In this document: piece by piece, positions 49,406 through 57,058 of the stretch | Numbering within the stretch: the stretch's first letter is position 1 | How the letters are laid out: every line of letters begins with the position of its first letter | IMG/VR virus record: IMGVR_UViG_3300032319_000867 | Location: 1 to 60,365 of that record | DNA length: 60,365 bases | Source: a virus | Lineage: Duplodnaviria > Caudoviricetes | Strand: one strand, 5' to 3' | Position numbers and translations under genes: made by a program | The notes under the pieces: model-generated | Databases searched by the model: none | Told to the model about the DNA's origin: nothing | The model's input: only the letters and a program-made list of their open reading frames with translations

Positions 49406-50620
49406 ATGCGTAAACTTTTAGATATTCTTTACACCAATGAAAATACTGGAGACTTTTCTGGTGCTGGTACTTTTCAAGGTGGACCTTATGGATTTGGTAA
49501 CCGTTATCAGTTAGCTAATTCACAAGTATGGCCGGGACTAGCAGATCAAGAAGATAAAGACAATCCAGATAATCCTTCATTATGGCCTGCAATTGATGCT
49601 CAACGTGATCCAAAAGACACCGAATATCAATCCCTAGAAAGCTCTGAAATATATGATAGTCGTCCACATCTTCTTCCCGGTGAAGACGTTGTAAGAGATA
49701 AAATTCTTGACAAAGAAGAAGATATAGAACCTTCTTACTTTTATGAAAAAGATTCAGACATGATTAATGAACGAGGTGCAAGCGACGTTCTTTATCGAGA
49801 CATGTATGGCTGGCCTCCAATGAATACGATAGCAGATCCAGTGGATCATGTTCCAGAAGATGAAGATCAAGACAGAGAAGTGCCAGAAGAAGAACGTTAC
49901 AATATCCCAAAACTTCTTCCTTCACCAAGAGAAGGAGAACGTGGTATTCCATTTGGTAAAGGACCAGTTAATACTCCCGGCGAAGGTTTATTGGCTTTAG
50001 AACCGGGAGATATGATTACTCAAGGTAGTATGTACAATCCAATGGAACCTGACGATGGGTTAAAGTTAACAAAAAAACGTAATAAAACCCTTAATCGCTG
50101 GAAAGAAACAGAAGAAGTAGACAAAGGTCATACCAACCGTGATGAAGTATTCAATCACCTTGTAAAGCCAGTTAACTATATTAAAAAAGAATTTGGACAA
50201 AACGATTACGTAAAAGATTTAGATAATCCTGATGATGTACCACTTCATGCAGGTGGACAAGGAGTAATCGCACATCCTGTCAAGCATGTTCCCGGCAACA
50301 TCAATATCTATAAGAAAGGTAATCCCGGTTATTCTCTGGGCGAAGCTAAGGAAACTAAAATGGCAAAGAAAGAAACAAAACGTGAACTTGAAGACTATCT
50401 TCCAAAAGACCTTGATAAAAAGGAAACAAAGGAAACATATGGAAATGGTATGGGACAAATCATGAAAGCTTATCAGTTTCCCCGTGAAGATAGAAAAATA
50501 AAAAAACACGAACCTCTTAAACCAGAACAAACTTATATTCCATATCAATATGATCGGAACAACATTGACGTTATTATTCTCGATAAACTTTTCGAGAAGC
50601 TTATCAAGCTAACAAAATAA
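49406..50620 (+). CDS. Hypothetical acidic/Pro-rich protein, possible virion protein
   Basis: TACTTA five nt upstream of ATG; MRKLLDIL N-terminus; MINE motif. Confidence 0.55.
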   Translation: MRKLLDILYTNENTGDFSGAGTFQGGPYGFGNRYQLANSQVWPGLADQEDKDNPDNPSLWPAIDAQRDPKDTEYQSLESSEIYDSRPHLLPGEDVVRDKILDKEEDIEPSYFYEKDSDMINERGASDVLYRDMYGWPPMNTIADPVDHVPEDEDQDREVPEEERYNIPKLLPSPREGERGIPFGKGPVNTPGEGLLALEPGDMITQGSMYNPMEPDDGLKLTKKRNKTLNRWKETEEVDKGHTNRDEVFNHLVKPVNYIKKEFGQNDYVKDLDNPDDVPLHAGGQGVIAHPVKHVPGNINIYKKGNPGYSLGEAKETKMAKKETKRELEDYLPKDLDKKETKETYGNGMGQIMKAYQFPREDRKIKKHEPLKPEQTYIPYQYDRNNIDVIILDKLFEKLIKLTK

Positions 50621-50719
50621 GCCATGAATATTGTAGAAATTATTTTGCTTGTTTCTACTGTAGCGGTTTCTTTATATTTTTCTTCTTGTTATAAAGAACA
50701 AACAAAGTCATCAGAAGAT

Positions 50720-51388
50720 TCAAAGTAAAGCATCAAGAAAACGTTTAAGTTGCATTTCACCTTGTTCTGTGTCCATGTAATCTTTTACAAATTTATTGTT
50801 TGAACTGTTTCCTTGTTCTTTGTTTAAATCTAATGTTTTTTGCCACACAAACATTGCATCTGGTGGTGCATCAAAACCCATGAACCTCATTACTTCCATA
50901 ATGTGTTCAGCAACTTGTTGGGCTTTATAATGTTGCCCAACAGTTACAACTCCACATTTCTTTCCTGCTAACGGACTTTTTTCACCATAAACTGTTACTC
51001 TGTTTTCAAGAGTATTCATACGTTCAATGATAGTTTGCATTATGGCTGAATGGCTCATCCATCGAACAGATGTGCAGAAGATAACAATATCAGATTCTTC
51101 AAATGCATCATAAAGAAATGACATCTGATCTTTACCACCATATTCTTCTGGGCTTTCGTGTGAAAGTTTATGAGCCCAACAACGATATTCTCCAGAGTCT
51201 TTTGAAGCGCAATTCTTTGCCCCTCCAGCATAACAAGACAAGTTTTTAACAATATGTAACTTGTCAGCGTTTATTATTTTTACTTGATGACCTTTACGTT
51301 TACATTCTTTTAAAATTGCTCGTAAAGCAACTGCTGAAGCAGATTCATCAAACTTGTGTGTGGTTGTGCTGATTGCTGTAATAATCAT
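50720..51388 (-). CDS. Flavodoxin-like / NADPH-dependent FMN reductase family protein
   Basis: Cys cluster, DQM..LY..F.ESDIVIF.T.V.W..S..MQ..IER, L.GKK.GVV.VG. Confidence 0.75.
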   Translation of the reverse strand: MIITAISTTTHKFDESASAVALRAILKECKRKGHQVKIINADKLHIVKNLSCYAGGAKNCASKDSGEYRCWAHKLSHESPEEYGGKDQMSFLYDAFEESDIVIFCTSVRWMSHSAIMQTIIERMNTLENRVTVYGEKSPLAGKKCGVVTVGQHYKAQQVAEHIMEVMRFMGFDAPPDAMFVWQKTLDLNKEQGNSSNNKFVKDYMDTEQGEMQLKRFLDALL

Positions 51389-51409
51389 GTATATATTTAT
51401 CTGTGTATT

Positions 51410-52009
51410 ATGATCCTACATTCAAAACTTGTTCCACAACCAAAAATGTTTATGTATCGTTGGTTTAAACCAAAAGAACATAATGATTGGTTTTACTATA
51501 CGCCATTACGCAAACCTTTAATTTCAACAAAGCAAGATCATGAAATCATAAAAACACTAGACCAACCTTTGATTGATGTGTTTATGTTAACATCGTTAAA
51601 TGGTTATAAAACTCTTCCAAGTTGTTCTGGACATTTCTTAAACAACAATGAAATTAAAGAAAAATATAATTGCGTGCTAAAAGATTTAAAGAAAATCAAA
51701 AACCAAGGCTTAGTAATAAAAGATACCGAAAACGATAAAACTTATCGATATAACCATAAGAATTATCCAAATGTTTGGGATTCATACTCAACGTTCAAAG
51801 ATGACATAGAAAACCATATGAGAGTTGGTTATATTGGCATTATTAAGCCATTGAAACCGTTTGAACTATCAGATGGACAAATTGACATTCACACCGATAC
51901 AAATTACTTTAATATTCCTGTTTTGCATATAAAGGTAAATAACAATAAAGAAAGCGATATAAATCCAAATTGGAGCAAGGTTTTAGAGATTTTAAAAAAT
52001 AATCTTTAG
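51410..52009 (+). CDS. Hypothetical protein
   Basis: LD..L.......GYKT..SCSGH motif; TATTTA upstream. Confidence 0.5.
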   Translation: MILHSKLVPQPKMFMYRWFKPKEHNDWFYYTPLRKPLISTKQDHEIIKTLDQPLIDVFMLTSLNGYKTLPSCSGHFLNNNEIKEKYNCVLKDLKKIKNQGLVIKDTENDKTYRYNHKNYPNVWDSYSTFKDDIENHMRVGYIGIIKPLKPFELSDGQIDIHTDTNYFNIPVLHIKVNNNKESDINPNWSKVLEILKNNL

Positions 52010-52054
52010 AACAAAGATAATCTGAGGTATACTGATTTCAGATAAGATAACAAT

Positions 52055-52081
52055 GCGCTCTTAGTCTAGTGGATTAGGCCA
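52055..52081 (+). pseudogene. Orphan tRNA 5' fragment (acceptor strand + D-arm)
   Basis: gcgctct-ta-gtct-agtggatt-aggc. Confidence 0.55.
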
Positions 52082-52244
52082 TTAAGATCTTTTTGGAATA
52101 TCTTCCAAAAGAAGTAATCCATGATCAAATTTTTGTAGTGTATACTGTTTTTGGCAGTGAAAACAAACAAGATCAACTAATCTAGACATACTAGACTCCA
52201 TCTGCCCTTATACCGGCTCTGTCTTCTAAAATAACGTAAAGTTT

Positions 52245-52318
52245 CTCTCAGTAGTCTAACTGGATCAGGCACCTGTCTTCTAAACAGGTTTATGGGAGTT
52301 CGAGTCTCCCCTGAGAGG
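52245..52318 (+). tRNA. tRNA-Arg(UCU), CCA not encoded (followed by CTA)
   Basis: ctctcag/ctgagag acceptor; cctgt-cttctaa-acagg; gggag-ttcgagt-ctccc. Confidence 0.9.
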
Positions 52319-52822
52319 CTATCTCGATGGAATATCGATTAAATTTAATATTCCATTATCAAATTCCCAATGATGATTTGGACATAATACTAAAATGTTT
52401 GATGGATCGTTGATAACAGATATCAACGAGTCGTCGGAAAAATCTCTAATCGATTTTATATGTGCCAATTCAATATGATTCGAATAACCGCACTTTTGAC
52501 AACCAAATTTCAATAACTCTTTATTCCATGATCGATTAAAAAGTCTGATGTGTGTTGTCGCCCATGATGGATGTTTATTTTTTACAGACAATTTTTGTTT
52601 ATACTCTCCTAGAGTTACATTTTTCAATTCTTTAGTTTTTGTTTGGCATTCTCGACAAAGATTTGATTCTTTCAATATTAAATTGTTGCATTGTTGGCAA
52701 CATTTCATAGTTTTTTTTCTCCATTCCGAAACAGAATGAGAATTTCTACACGAAACTGAACAATATTTCTGATTGATTCTACTAGAATTATATTGTGAAT
52801 GACAATGGTTACAGATATTCAT
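52319..52822 (-). CDS. HNH endonuclease with Zn-ribbon repeats
   Basis: CxxC repeats, KYCS..C, CQKCG...ELAHIK...NILVLCPNHHWEFD. Confidence 0.88.
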   Translation of the reverse strand: MNICNHCHSQYNSSRINQKYCSVSCRNSHSVSEWRKKTMKCCQQCNNLILKESNLCRECQTKTKELKNVTLGEYKQKLSVKNKHPSWATTHIRLFNRSWNKELLKFGCQKCGYSNHIELAHIKSIRDFSDDSLISVINDPSNILVLCPNHHWEFDNGILNLIDIPSR

Positions 52823-52828
52823 TTATTC

Positions 52829-52872
52829 TCCAATTACAGGTTGTATATAATATAAGTAGTACCGTAATTGGA
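52829..52872 (-). promoter_or_regulatory. RBS-sequestering hairpin with TACTTA motif in loop
   Basis: tccaattac (52829-52837) / gtaattgga (52864-52872), extendable by ggt/acc; covers the GGAG RBS. Confidence 0.6.
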
Positions 52873-52902
52873 TTTATGCAGGTTCGAATCCTGCTGGGGG
52901 TG
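52873..52902 (+). pseudogene. Orphan tRNA 3' half (Arg-like)
   Basis: tttat-gcagg-ttcgaat-cctgc-tgggggt-g followed by cta; same variable loop and G73-CTA end as tRNA-Arg 52245. Confidence 0.7.
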
Positions 52903-52922
52903 CTAATTATTGGAATTCAACA

Positions 52923-53297
52923 ATCAAACTAAAAACTTTAATTCTTTGTTGTTTTCTTTTTGGGTGTGAAGCAACACAACCAAGATTTGTGGATTCTTAT
53001 CCAATGCAAGCGTCTCTAGAAGAAACGCATCGAGAAATTGAAAACAAGCTTCATGATTTAGGCTGGAGAGTTCTTCCAAGAATAGGACCAATTGGTTATA
53101 TTACTGCTGTTAATAATCAAACAGCGACAATGAGAGATCATCTTTCAATTGATCTATCGATTAGTGGTCATATATCTTTGTGGATTCGTACAGAAATTAA
53201 AATTGATCATCATTGGATTGCACCTGATCATGTATGTGATGGATATACTTGGGCAAGAGAACAACAGCTTCTTTCTCGAATTTTAAGCAGCAGGTAA
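52923..53297 (+). CDS. Putative lipoprotein (start codon uncertain)
   Basis: In-frame extension upstream of GTG 52989 reads IKLKTLILCCFLFGC (lipobox-like). Confidence 0.4.
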   Translation: MKLKTLILCCFLFGCEATQPRFVDSYPMQASLEETHREIENKLHDLGWRVLPRIGPIGYITAVNNQTATMRDHLSIDLSISGHISLWIRTEIKIDHHWIAPDHVCDGYTWAREQQLLSRILSSR

Positions 53298-53314
53298 GAA
53301 AAAAATAAAATAAC

Positions 53315-53343
53315 TTTACAAACGAGCAATCGAATGTTAAAGT
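53315..53343 (+). promoter_or_regulatory. Sigma-70-type promoter for tRNA-Leu
   Basis: TTTACA-17-TAAAGT with TG extension and A-tract UP element. Confidence 0.6.
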
Positions 53344-53353
53344 AAGAACATAA

Positions 53354-53437
53354 GCCAAGGTGGTGAAATCGGCAGCCACAGAAGACTTAAAATCTTCCGA
53401 CTGAAAGGTCTTACGGGTTCAAGTCCCGTCCTTGGCA
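53354..53437 (+). tRNA. tRNA-Leu(UAA), CCA not encoded (followed by CTA)
   Basis: gccaagg/ccttggc; gaaga-cttaaaa-tcttc; long variable arm; A73. Confidence 0.92.
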
Positions 53438-53441
53438 CTAA

Positions 53442-53603
53442 ATGGATCAAAATCAAATTGATGAATGTATAAAAGCTATAAGAATGCGTATGCGATATGG
53501 TCATAACAAATATCAAATCGCTGAACAACTTGGAAAATTCTTCTCTCAAGATTTATTATTTCTTGCTTATCATGCAGCAATAATTCTAGAAAAACGACAA
53601 TAA
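53442..53603 (+). CDS. Small hypothetical protein (53 aa; not in ORF track)
   Basis: ORF fills the gap between two tRNA genes almost exactly. Confidence 0.35.
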   Translation: MDQNQIDECIKAIRMRMRYGHNKYQIAEQLGKFFSQDLLFLAYHAAIILEKRQ

Positions 53604-53607
53604 CAAA

Positions 53608-53690
53608 GCCCTCGTGGTGGAATGGCAGACACGGCAGACTCTGAGTCTGCCGCTCGTATGAGCGTACCAGTTCAAGTCTGGTCAAGGGCA
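53608..53690 (+). tRNA. Leu-type tRNA body with CUG (Gln) anticodon; possible pseudo-tRNA
   Basis: gccctcg..GGAATGGCAGACAC D-arm, long variable arm, A73; anticodon arm gcaga-ctCTGag-tctgc; C6-A67 mismatch. Confidence 0.75.
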
Positions 53691-53712
53691 CTATCACATT
53701 TGAAAAAATAAA

Positions 53713-54228
53713 ATGAAGTTAGTTATTGAACATACCATACCATACGAATTATCTCTTGTTGAGGAAATCATTCTAGATGCCTATACATGGCATAACGTAC
53801 AAAAGTATATTCCATCCATTAAGGATGTTAAGGTAATTTATAGAGAAGAAGTACAAGATAAGATTTGTATTCGTAAATGGTATACACCCAACGTTACAGT
53901 TCCTTGGTTTGCAAAAGATAAAATCAAAGAAGATATGTTACAATGGGGAGAAATGCTTACGTGGTGTCCCCAAACTCATTCTGGAGAATTCTTTATTGAA
54001 CCAAATATTCCAAATGAGTGGCAAACCTATTTTAGTTGCAAAGGTCAATATAAGTTGGAGCGTATTTCGAATCAATTTTCGAATGAAACAACCAAAAGAA
54101 TTATCGCTATTGATTTAGATGTAAAAATTCCTTTGGTTAGAGGAATAGCTGAAGAATATATTGCTGATAAAGTAAAAGTTTGGTATCAACAAGAAGCTAA
54201 TGCTTTAAAAGTTTTAGCGGCAAAATAA
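53713..54228 (+). CDS. START/SRPBCC-like (DUF2505-like) protein
   Basis: P.VP.FAK..I...L.W.E...W, C.G.Y.LE, LDVKIPLV.G.AE.YI pattern. Confidence 0.55.
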   Translation: MKLVIEHTIPYELSLVEEIILDAYTWHNVQKYIPSIKDVKVIYREEVQDKICIRKWYTPNVTVPWFAKDKIKEDMLQWGEMLTWCPQTHSGEFFIEPNIPNEWQTYFSCKGQYKLERISNQFSNETTKRIIAIDLDVKIPLVRGIAEEYIADKVKVWYQQEANALKVLAAK

Positions 54229-54229
54229 T

Positions 54230-54436
54230 ATGAACAAAGAACAAAAGAAACAACTTATTCTTGAGTTTGTAAACGGACCATTACAAAGGTATCTAACTGG
54301 AGATATCTCGTTTGGTAAGTTCAAAGAAGTAATCAACGAAACGTTTGACGTAGATTTCTGCTATTCCGATCTTTATCCCAGCTATTTGTTTAATGCGGGA
54401 TTAAAGTATCCAGAAGATTTTATCAATCAAGGGTAG
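54230..54436 (+). CDS. Hypothetical protein
   Basis: Directly follows the previous ORF. Confidence 0.5.
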   Translation: MNKEQKKQLILEFVNGPLQRYLTGDISFGKFKEVINETFDVDFCYSDLYPSYLFNAGLKYPEDFINQG

Positions 54437-54476
54437 TTACTCAAACAGTCAACGAGGGCGGTCTGTAAAATTTCGC
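54431..54476 (+). pseudogene. Decayed tRNA-Tyr(GUA) 5' half
   Basis: gggtagt-ta-ctc...gag-g-gcggt-ctGTAaa; no T-arm; D-loop GG lost. Confidence 0.65.
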
Positions 54477-54503
54477 ATAGAAAAATCAACATAGGAAATT
54501 AAA

Positions 54504-54848
54504 ATGAGTGATCGAGAAACAAGACCTTGGGGATGGTTTGAAACAATTCAAACTGGTTCAAACTATAAAGTTAAAAAGTTGTTTGTAAAACATGGTTGTA
54601 GAATATCTTTACAATCACACGAACATAGAGATGAACACTGGGTTGTTGTAACAGGAAGCGGTGTTATCGAATTAAATGAAATTGATTATCCAATTAAAAC
54701 TGGAGAATACATTTTTATTCCAAAAGGTAGTAAACATAGAATTTGTGCTTATGAAACCCAAGATGTTGAATTGATTGAAGTTCAAATGGGCATATGTGAA
54801 GAAAGTGATATAACCCGATATCAAGATGATTATGGAAGAGCAGTTTAA
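54504..54848 (+). CDS. Cupin, mannose-6-phosphate isomerase type II C-terminal-like
   Basis: RPWG, ISLQSH.HR.EHWVVV.G, HRI, IEVQ.G...E.DI.R.QDDYGR. Confidence 0.9.
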   Translation: MSDRETRPWGWFETIQTGSNYKVKKLFVKHGCRISLQSHEHRDEHWVVVTGSGVIELNEIDYPIKTGEYIFIPKGSKHRICAYETQDVELIEVQMGICEESDITRYQDDYGRAV

Positions 54849-54886
54849 GCTTTAAAAACCCCAAGAAAGAAAAAATAAAAATTAGA

Positions 54887-54915
54887 TTGACAATCAAAAC
54901 AAAAACTGTTAATCT
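54887..54915 (+). promoter_or_regulatory. Sigma-70-type promoter for tRNA-Ile/Lys/Asn cluster
   Basis: TTGACA-17-TAATCT with TG extension and A-tract. Confidence 0.75.
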
Positions 54916-54936
54916 AAGAACATAAGAGAGAAACAC

Positions 54937-55014
54937 AGGCGCATAGCTCAACTGGTTTAGAGCACCTGCCTTATAAGCGGGAGGTTTCGAGTTCAAGCCT
55001 CGATGCGCCTACCA
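54937..55014 (+). tRNA. tRNA-Ile(UAU)
   Basis: aggcgca/tgcgcct; cctgc-ctTATaa-gcggg; A73-CCA. Confidence 0.9.
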
Positions 55015-55015
55015 A

Positions 55016-55050
55016 GGGTTGTTAACTCAGTCGGAAGAGTAGTTGGCTTT
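55016..55050 (+). pseudogene. tRNA-Lys-like 5' half ending in the anticodon
   Basis: gggttgt-ta-actc-agtcggaa-gagt-a-gttgg-cttt, then breaks off. Confidence 0.7.
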
Positions 55051-55053
55051 ATT

Positions 55054-55129
55054 GGGTCCATAATATAATGGTTATTATTCCAGACTTTTAATCTGTGGTA
55101 TCTGAGTTCGAATCTCAGTGGACCCACCA
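55054..55129 (+). tRNA. tRNA-Lys(UUU), atypical AU-rich D-arm
   Basis: gggtcca/tggaccc; caga-ctTTTaa-tctg; ctgag-ttcgaat-ctcag; A73-CCA. Confidence 0.85.
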
Positions 55130-55130
55130 T

Positions 55131-55204
55131 TCACCCATAGCTCAGTTGGTTAGAGCGTCTGCCTGTTAAGTAGAATGTCCCTAGTTCAAGTCTAGGTGGG
55201 TGAG
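55131..55204 (+). tRNA. tRNA-Asn(GUU), CCA not encoded (followed by CAA)
   Basis: tcaccca/tgggtga; tctgc-ctGTTaa-gtaga; G73. Confidence 0.92.
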
Positions 55205-55207
55205 CAA

Positions 55208-55411
55208 ATGATTAGATTAAGAATTACAACTTATAAAAATCAAAAAGAAAAAGCTGTTCAAGCAATTACAAACAATTGCAATTTTTCTTCTACTATAGCA
55301 GAAATGATTGTTGACAATGGTTGGATTTTTTCAGTTACAGAAAAAAATTTTGAACTGTTTAAGCAAGCAGTTGCAAATAGCAATATTGAATGGATGGTAA
55401 TGCAAACATGA
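55208..55411 (+). CDS. Hypothetical protein
   Basis: ATG 55208 right after tRNA-Asn; coupled to next ORF. Confidence 0.45.
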   Translation: MIRLRITTYKNQKEKAVQAITNNCNFSSTIAEMIVDNGWIFSVTEKNFELFKQAVANSNIEWMVMQT

Positions 55412-55605
55412 GTTTTATTCCAAACCCAAAATATCAAATTAAAACTCGTTGGTTTACGCTTTTTCAAGAAGCACCGGGAGTTATTTCACCAAGATCTTGT
55501 TGGGTTTTATTTTATAGCTCTCATGGACATTTTAATGAATCGCTTTTAAAGCTTTTATGGGAAGCATTTACAGAATTCAAAAACGATAAACATCTTGTTA
55601 TGTAA
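55408..55605 (+). CDS. Hypothetical protein
   Basis: ATGA overlap. Confidence 0.45.
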   Translation: MSFIPNPKYQIKTRWFTLFQEAPGVISPRSCWVLFYSSHGHFNESLLKLLWEAFTEFKNDKHLVM

Positions 55606-55608
55606 CAC

Positions 55609-55941
55609 ATGAAAACACAATCTAATACACCAGAAGGGTTTGAGGCATTTCCAGCTAAAATCAAACTAGCAATTTTTGCTTTTATTATAGCAAAGCTTTC
55701 TGGCATCGCATCTATGATGTCTTTGTTTGCAGGATTGCGGTTTATCTCAAAAGTTTTTTTGATTACAGCTTTTGTTAGCTTGGCTTTGTCTATTTTGATT
55801 TCTTTACTTAAATCAAATGATGATATAGAATATGATAAACAGCAAAAAGAAATTGATGCTGTAAGAAGTCTTATCAAAAGTGGTAAGTTAGATTCCTTGA
55901 TTAAGGAAATTCAAAATGATAAAGCAATACGCAATCTTTAA
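55609..55941 (+). CDS. Two-TM membrane protein
   Basis: Two hydrophobic helices and a charged tail. Confidence 0.55.
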   Translation: MKTQSNTPEGFEAFPAKIKLAIFAFIIAKLSGIASMMSLFAGLRFISKVFLITAFVSLALSILISLLKSNDDIEYDKQQKEIDAVRSLIKSGKLDSLIKEIQNDKAIRNL

Positions 55942-56173
55942 TCCCACAACAAATCTTTATTCTATGGGCTATATCCATTCTATCCAACAATGGAATGATA
56001 TGGATCATGCTCGTTTGTGGGATGAGATTGGACCTGTTAAGGCTCATATCAGACACACAAACAAACTTGCAAAGCATCACAATCGTACTCTACCATATGA
56101 TAGCACGATGTTAATTGTTGAAGTAATGGTAACACGAAATCATAGTAATAATACAATGAAGGTAAGCGTATGA
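55916..56173 (+). CDS. Hypothetical protein
   Basis: AAGGA RBS; coupled to next ORF. Confidence 0.55.
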   Translation: MIKQYAIFNPTTNLYSMGYIHSIQQWNDMDHARLWDEIGPVKAHIRHTNKLAKHHNRTLPYDSTMLIVEVMVTRNHSNNTMKVSV

Positions 56174-56361
56174 GCACTCATGAAGTGAAAATTGTTAGGA
56201 TTGAATCAATCAATCCGCATCCAAATGCTGATTCCCTTGAACTAACAAACATTTGGGGTTACCAATGTGTTATCCGCAAAGGAGCACATAAAGTTGGTGA
56301 TCTAATGGCTTATATTGAGCCAGATTACATGACAAAAATGAATACACGTACTATTTATTAG
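56170..56361 (+). pseudogene. N-terminal stub of RNA ligase
   Basis: First 53 aa match 57051..58121 at 30/53 positions (manual count), then 10 unrelated codons and a stop. Confidence 0.85.
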
Positions 56362-56362
56362 T

Positions 56363-57058
56363 ATGAAAACATGTAGTCGTTGTAAGATAGAAAAACCAAA
56401 AACAGAATATTATAAATCCAAGAAGTCTTCTGACGGGCTGCATACATGGTGCAAAGAATGTATGCGTAAAAGAAACGCAGAGCGTCGTGCAAATGATCCC
56501 GAATATAAAAAAAGGCTAAAAGAAGCTTATGAAAGATATGCAGGGTCAGAAAAAGCAATAGAAAAAAGCCGTCGAAATCATCAGAATAATGCTGATAAAG
56601 AACGTCAATACGGCAAAGATTACTATCACGCAAACAAAGAAAAACGGTTAGATAACCACTCTAAATGGGTAAATAAAAATAGAGAGTACGTAAGAGATTA
56701 TAACAACAGTTATATGAAAAACCGAATGGCGACAGACATATTATTTGCTTTAGCCACAAGAATCCGCATAGCTGTCAGAAATGCCTTATGTAAAACTGGA
56801 TTACCAAAAAAATCAAGAACATTTGAAATGTTAGGCTATTCAAGAGTTGAACTCAATGAGTATCTATCTCGCTGGATTGATAAACCATGTGAAATTTGTG
56901 GTTTGGTCGAAGTAAGTTTGCAAACATCACATATTGACCATATTATTCCTATTAGTATGGCAACTACAGAAGAAGAAATCATATTCCTAAATCAACTAAA
57001 AAACTTGAGACTTATTTGTGCAAAGTGTAATATGAAAAAAGGTAATAAACATGAGTAA
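56363..57058 (+). CDS. HNH homing endonuclease
   Basis: KTCSRC..EKP..EY.....DGL..WCKEC; basic helix; CEIC...HIDHIIP...NLRLICAKCN..K. Confidence 0.9.
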   Translation: MKTCSRCKIEKPKTEYYKSKKSSDGLHTWCKECMRKRNAERRANDPEYKKRLKEAYERYAGSEKAIEKSRRNHQNNADKERQYGKDYYHANKEKRLDNHSKWVNKNREYVRDYNNSYMKNRMATDILFALATRIRIAVRNALCKTGLPKKSRTFEMLGYSRVELNEYLSRWIDKPCEICGLVEVSLQTSHIDHIIPISMATTEEEIIFLNQLKNLRLICAKCNMKKGNKHE

